Below are positions 58,682 through 64,000 of a DNA stretch of 64,000 nucleotides, piece by piece. This DNA is from Thraustochytrium aureum (Eukaryota): the NCBI GenBank assembly GCA_012862495.1, contig BLSG01000088.1:116437-180436 (forward strand), in the 5' to 3' direction. Every line of letters begins with the position of its first letter. The first letter of the stretch is position 1. Position numbers and translations under genes: made by a program. The notes below the pieces were generated by a model. It had not been told where the DNA came from and did no database searches. It worked only from the letters and a program-made list of their open reading frames with translations.

Positions 58682-58983
58682 AGGTGCCGAGAATGTTTCC
58701 CCAAAGGCACCTTTGTGCTTGCTTGGGGCGCATTGTTGTCCACGTATGTTCTCACTGTACGCGACGGTGTGAATGAATGTCAAAATTCAACATTCATTCG
58801 TGTTGTTTGCTGACGATGCATTCGTCGCTGGAGAATGTGCGAGCGATGGACGACTCCACGAGGGTTTGGACGAGATAGAAGGAAGATCAGATCGTCGTTG
58901 CGCGGGGCGTTCTGTTGTTGTTGTTGTTGTTGCTGCTGCTGTGGCTGCTGGAGCCTGGCAGCCGCGGTGCGGCGAGCGCGAAG

Positions 58984-61645
58984 ATGGGCACGAAGCGGTA
59001 TGTGGCCGTGTGCAGGCCGCTGTCGCCCGTGCGCCTCGGCGTGCTGGGCGCTGCCGGGGCCCACTGCAAGGAGCAGCAAGCGCCTGCGACTCGACCTGCA
59101 GACGGTGGCAAAAGGCAGTCCCCGCTCGAGAAACGTACGACTGCAAGCAAGGGTCTCCCGCCCGCGAGGTCTGCCGCCATACACGGTGCGCAAAAGGCGC
59201 GAGAGAGGGAGATCGAGCAGGCCATCGGCGCGACCTCCTGCAAGCTGCTGCAGGCCGAAATCGGGGACAGCGGCCCCGCAGACCTCTTCGAGCCCGACAC
59301 GCCAGCGGCGCGAAGCCAGCAGCGGGCCGCCAAGAGCCTGCAGGGCGTGATGAGCGAAACCTGGATTGACAACATGCTGGCCGACCGCCGCTCAAGCAAC
59401 AACGACCGAGACACGTACCTGAGCGAGGCCGGCCTCGACCGCGCTGCGCTGGCGCAGCACGGCTTCAGCAAGGCAGAGGTTGACCGCATCTATCGCGCAA
59501 TGTACGTCTACACGGTGGGCTTCCATCAGTGCGTCGAGGAAATCACCTCGAAAAACGACCAGGCCGGGCCGGAAGTCCTGGGCAAGGTCTGGCTCGTCTA
59601 CTCGCAGCTCCTCGAAAAAGGAGACAGCGCCAAGCCTCCAAAGGGGTGCCCTCTTGGNNNNNNNNNNNNNNNNNNNNNNNNNNNNNNNNNNNNNNNNNNN
59701 NNNNNNNNNNNNNNNNNNNNNNNNNNNNNNNNNNNNNNNNNNNNNNNNNNNNNNNNNNNNNNNNNNNNNNNNNNNNNNNNNNNNNNNNNNNNNNNNNNNN
59801 NNNNNNNNNNNNNNNNNNNNNNNNNNNNNNNNNNNNNNNNNNNNNNNNNNNNNNNNNNNNNNNNNNNNNNNNNNNNNNNNNNNNNNNNNNNNNNNNNNNN
59901 NNNNNNNNNNNNNNNNNNNNNNNNNNNNNNNNNCAACCAAGCTCGCCGTCGACCAGGCCCAGCTTCTCCGCGGGCAACTAGCAAACCGCGACGTCGTCCT
60001 TGAGGACGCGCGCACCGCCGGGCAGCGGCTCCGGGAGGACTTGGAGCGCGCAGCGCAAACGAGGGCGGCGCTCGAGACGCAGATGAAATCCGACGCAGTC
60101 GAGCACCGAGCGCTCTACGCCAAGCTGCAAGAGGCGCGACTCGAGCTCGCCAAAAAAGACCAGGACATTATTCGATCTGAAAAGGTCTGCAGAGAATCCA
60201 CGAGCGCGGCAGAGGCGCTCCGCGAGGCGCTCACGAGAACGACGGTAGCGCTCCAGTCCGAGACCGAGGCGCACCAAGCCGCCAGCCAAGCAGCCTTCGA
60301 GGGACAGGCGCAGTCCACAAAGCTAAAAGCTAAACTGGAGGTCCTCCTGCGAGACCACGCGTCGCTCGAAGCGCGCTTTCAGGCCCAGTTCGACGAACTC
60401 CGCGAGGTGAGGGCACAGCGCAACCTGGCCAAGCGCACCGCTGACGATCTGGAACGCAGGGCCCGCAACGCCGAGCGCCAGCTCAAGGCCGAGAGCGAAG
60501 AAACACTCAAAGCAAGAAAGGCAACCACCGACCTCCGGGCACGCTTCAACGAGGCCGAGCGCAGCCTCGTTGCCGCCACCGCAGAACGGGACAAGCTCGG
60601 CGACCAACTTGGCTCCCTCCGCCGCCATGTCCTCAAGCTGCGCGCCGCAAAGGACGAAATGCGCGAGGACCTGTCGAGGACCGAGGCAGAGCTGCGCCGC
60701 GTCGAGGGAGAGCTCGAGACCGTTCTTGTTCAGTTTGACAAAGAGTGCAAAGCGCGAGAGCAGCTGCAGGAAGAGCTGGGGCAGCGCTTAGTTGAGATTT
60801 CCGGTCTCGGCGAGGCGGCCAAGCGGGCCCGCAGAGCCCTCTCCGACAAACAAGAGCTTCTCTCGGAGGCCCGTATACAGGTCTCCGCCCTGGAAAGCAA
60901 GCTCATGCTCGAGCGCGCTGCCGCGCAAGAGCAAGACACGCTCTCGCGAAACCAGGCGACCCAGCTCGAGGCAACGATCGTCCGCCTCGAGACCGACCTT
61001 CGGGCCGCGCACGACGAAACTGCCGCCACTCTAGAGCGCGCGCGCTTCGCCGAGCGAGAGATCGAGCGGGCGCAGGGCCGGGCCATCGAGATGAAGGGCA
61101 AAGCAGAAGACCTCGGCCGCGCCGAGGAGCAAATTACCAATCTCAGCCTCCAGGTCGACGCCGCAAACAAGGAGGCCGAGCGCGCAGAAGCCGTGGTCCA
61201 AAGCTTGTCCGAGGACATCAAGCGTATCACTGAGATCGTGGCCCCGGAGCAATTTGCCAAAATCGCAAGTGTGGAGCAGGTCGCGATTGAAGAGGCCGAG
61301 AACGAGGCGAGGGTGACAGGTCGCCGCAGGACCTCGCACGCGCTCGTTCAGCTGCAAGTCCGCAGGACGTTGCTGCGAGACGTCGAAAACGGCGTGCGTC
61401 GTCTCACCGACATGCTCAAACTTGAGTCAGCCGCCAACAAGACCTATCAGAACACTGGCGAGGCACAGCGCGAGGAGGCGGTCGCTGCGGCCACCGCCTC
61501 GTTGCGCGCGCACCTCAAGCAGCGGGACCTGGCCTACGCCAAGCTCAGCGAAGCACATGCCGAGCTGCAAGAGCGGTTTTCCGACCTAGAGGCGCGAATG
61601 CTCATGGAGTCGGCCTCCTCGAGGTCCTCGTCCCCGATCTCCTGA
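58984..61645 (+). CDS. long coiled-coil protein with N-terminal globular motif (gap 59658-59933)
   Basis: Before the gap: GLDRAALAQHGFSKAEVDRIYRAMYVYTVGF. After the gap: ~570 aa of A/E/L/R/Q-rich heptad sequence. Confidence 0.75.
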
Positions 61646-62066
61646 AGGCCGGCCGCTCTGCATTCGGCTTGCAAGGAGGCGCGGCCATATCGCGGCCCTC
61701 GCTCTTGCTAGCTAGCTAGCTAGCTCTACTTGAGAGAGCTCTCCGGGGTAGAGCTAATTACTCTTGGAAACCCCGTGGCCTGCTTGCTGGTGTTGCTCCC
61801 GCGCCTTGCAGGCGTCTACCTCTCTAGAGCTAGCGGCGCGGGATGAAGGTTGGATGGACTCCATTGGGATCGCGTGCGAGTCGGCCAGGCAGCCAGAGCC
61901 TTTCTCTGCCGCGTGGGCGGCGACAGGATGGGCGGACGTTGCGGGTTTCACTTTTGAAGGAGTGGCGACCAAACGCATGCGTGCAGCACCAGGTGACGAG
62001 GTCCTGTGCCAGTGTACGCCTGGCCATGAATTTGATTTGTCTAAGCTCAACGAGAGAGAGCTAGCT

Positions 62067-64000
62067 CTAGATGATGTCGTCTTCGTCGTCGTCGTCGAAG
62101 GTCGGCTGGCGCTTCGGCGGCGGCGGGGGCGGAGGAGGCGGAGGGGCTTGCGCCGATCCGGGAACGGTTGGGGGAGCACGGTGATGAGCCGGTACTTGGG
62201 GAGGCGGCCCCGCCCCAGCCTTCTTGGGAGGTGGCGGCGGCGGCGGCGCTGAAGTCGACGCTGCGAAAGGCTCGCGGCCCGAGCCGCCCTGCCGCGACAT
62301 CCCCGACCCCTTCTTGGGCGGCGGCGGGGCGGCACGCCACCATAACCCTGGTCCATGTTCTGGTGATCAGACGGCGCCGGTGGAGGCGACGCGCCAGACC
62401 GCTGGTGCTGCTCTGGCACGGGCGGCCGCGCACCGCCGAACCCGGCCGGGCTTGCATGCTCCGGAGCACCAAAATCACTCTCCTGGCCGCTTAGCGAGGG
62501 CCCTGCCTCACCTGACGCCTGGTCCTCTTGCTGGCGCCTCCAGTCCTTCACGACTTGGTCCGGCTTGACTGGGCCTTTGAACGCCTCCTGCGGGAGCGTA
62601 TTGCGCGTCCGGGGCCCTTCAAACCACACGTCCGTCTCGCCAGGCTGCCGCCGCTGAGCCACCTCGGCAACGCTCGGCGCGGTGCGCAAGGGTCCGCACA
62701 GCATCGTGCAATGCAGCGTTCGAACACACGACGTTCGCCCGTTTCGGCGCAGGAAGAACTCGAGATAGTTTTCCAGCTGCGAGGACGGTGGAAAGGCGCT
62801 CAGTAGCATCGAAAGCAAGTTCCAGCCGCGCGCCTCGCTTTCCGGGTTGGGATTCTGCGTGAGCTGCTTCATGACCTGGCAAAACATCTCGTCAATCAGC
62901 TCGGAGGTGGGGTTTTCGAGCCCCGTGCTTAGCAGCTCCAGCACCAGACTATCCACATTCTCATACTGCTTGTCACCCATGATGCCAGTCACGCTCTTGA
63001 ACATCAGCGTCGCCGTTTTCTGCAGCGACTTGCCGTCCGGGCCCACAGCGTTCGGCTCGATCATTGTCAGCGAGGTGTGGATCTTGCCAAACGTCGGGTT
63101 GTAAAAGTGTAGCATGTTGTGCTTGTACCGGCTGAACGTGATCCGGAACCGCTTGGCAAACTCCTCCGGGCTCTTCAGGTTGGGAAAGTTCTCCAAGCTA
63201 AAGTTGTCGCTGCTCTCTTGCGAGTCAAACAAGAGGTCCTTGTGGGCCACAGAGAGGTCAACAGCACGCCGGTAGTTTTGCAAGGCGACCGCGGCGTCGC
63301 GTTGTCGCAGCAGCTGCCGGTCGCGGGGCAGCGCGAGAAATTCCCGCAGCGGCACGAGCTCGGGGATGTCAAGCCCGATCTCGTCGCAGCCATCCACAAT
63401 TACGCGAGTCGGCTCCACCTCGAGGGCCTCGACCGCCTCGCGCGCCTCGCGCGTGAGGTTCTGGACGTACATGTACAGCGTACGAGCGTGCTCGACCGTC
63501 TCGTTGCCCACCATGCCCTCGACGTCGCCCCAGCCGCACTCGGCCTGCAGCGTGAGCGCCTCGTACAGCATCATTTCGTCCACAGCCTGCACCGCGGTCA
63601 GGAGCTTGTTGCGCGTGAGTCGGATCTGCGGTAGGAGGTAGTCCGCGCGCTCCACCAAGCTGCGGATTTCCTCGTCCGCGTGCTGCTCCATGCGCAGCGC
63701 ATGCGCCTGCTCGAGAGCAGTCGCCAGAGGCTCGTCGTTGACCGCATCGATACTCTCTGCGAGCTTTGTCGCAACCTTGTCCACTTCGGCCCTCAGCGCG
63801 AGCTCGGCTCCGATCAGCACGAGCTGCGCATCGTCCACAGCGAACAGCGCGTTGGCTGTGACGGAAAGCCCTTGACCCTCGCCCAGAAGCCGCTCCACCT
63901 GGACCCACTCGGGATCGTCAGCATGCTGCGCGCGCTCCATTGCAACGAGAACGGCCTCGTACAGGCGGAGCGCCCACTCGGCGCGGCGCCGCGCGTCTGG
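62067..64000 (-). CDS. MyTH4-domain protein, probable unconventional myosin tail (5' end outside window; frameshift ~62328)
   Basis: IHTSL...MFK.V...MGD...ELIDEMFCQVMKQLT.NP...S..RGW.LL..LL..FPPS..LENYL (MyTH4). One added C gives a polyproline tail ending PPPPPPPPPKRQPTFDDDDEDDII*. Confidence 0.8.

Noticed and set aside
58771..58799. 10-bp perfect hairpin (gaatgaatgt...acattcattc) as terminator or ncRNA
   Set aside because: Too short, built from a simple repeat, no supporting context.
10607..62330. Many frameshifted genes read as pseudogenes or programmed frameshifts
   Set aside because: Most of the indels I reconstructed are a single base in a short homopolymer (for example 11635, 15470, 22835, 25407, 47240, 62328), with otherwise intact motifs and no in-frame stops. 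This fits pyrosequencing-type error.
1..64000. tRNA, rRNA, prophage or prokaryotic defence system
   Set aside because: I saw no cloverleaf/T-loop or rRNA signature by eye, and the gene content and spliceosomal introns are eukaryotic. Short ncRNAs could be missed without covariance models.

Overview
Gene-dense, GC-rich, intron-poor eukaryotic draft scaffold from a flagellated protist. A thraustochytrid/labyrinthulomycete-like stramenopile is my inference from style only. It has 17 N-gaps and many single-base indels in short homopolymers, which look like sequencing errors rather than pseudogenisation. Recognisable genes: a START-domain protein, NAD kinase, FolD, a SAXO/Mn-repeat protein spliced to an Hsp70 substrate-binding domain, a DHHA1/AlaX-like C-terminal fragment mostly hidden in a gap, a TPR-DnaJ co-chaperone, a PLP aminotransferase, a metallo-beta-lactamase-fold cyclic-nucleotide phosphodiesterase with two cNMP-binding domains, a ~13 kb axonemal inner-arm dynein heavy chain (DNAH6-like), a TM-PX-START protein, an OPT transporter, a TLC-domain protein, a MYND-FKBP-like fusion, a long coiled-coil protein and a MyTH4-containing tail. 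The best candidates for undescribed biology are a tandem pair of orphan signal-peptide + Cys-ectodomain + 7TM receptor-like genes, a His-rich protein resembling PHM/DBM copper monooxygenases with His apparently in place of the CuM Met, and the unusual domain fusions. I found no CRISPR array, rRNA, tRNA or clear transposon. All family assignments are by eye; no searches were run.
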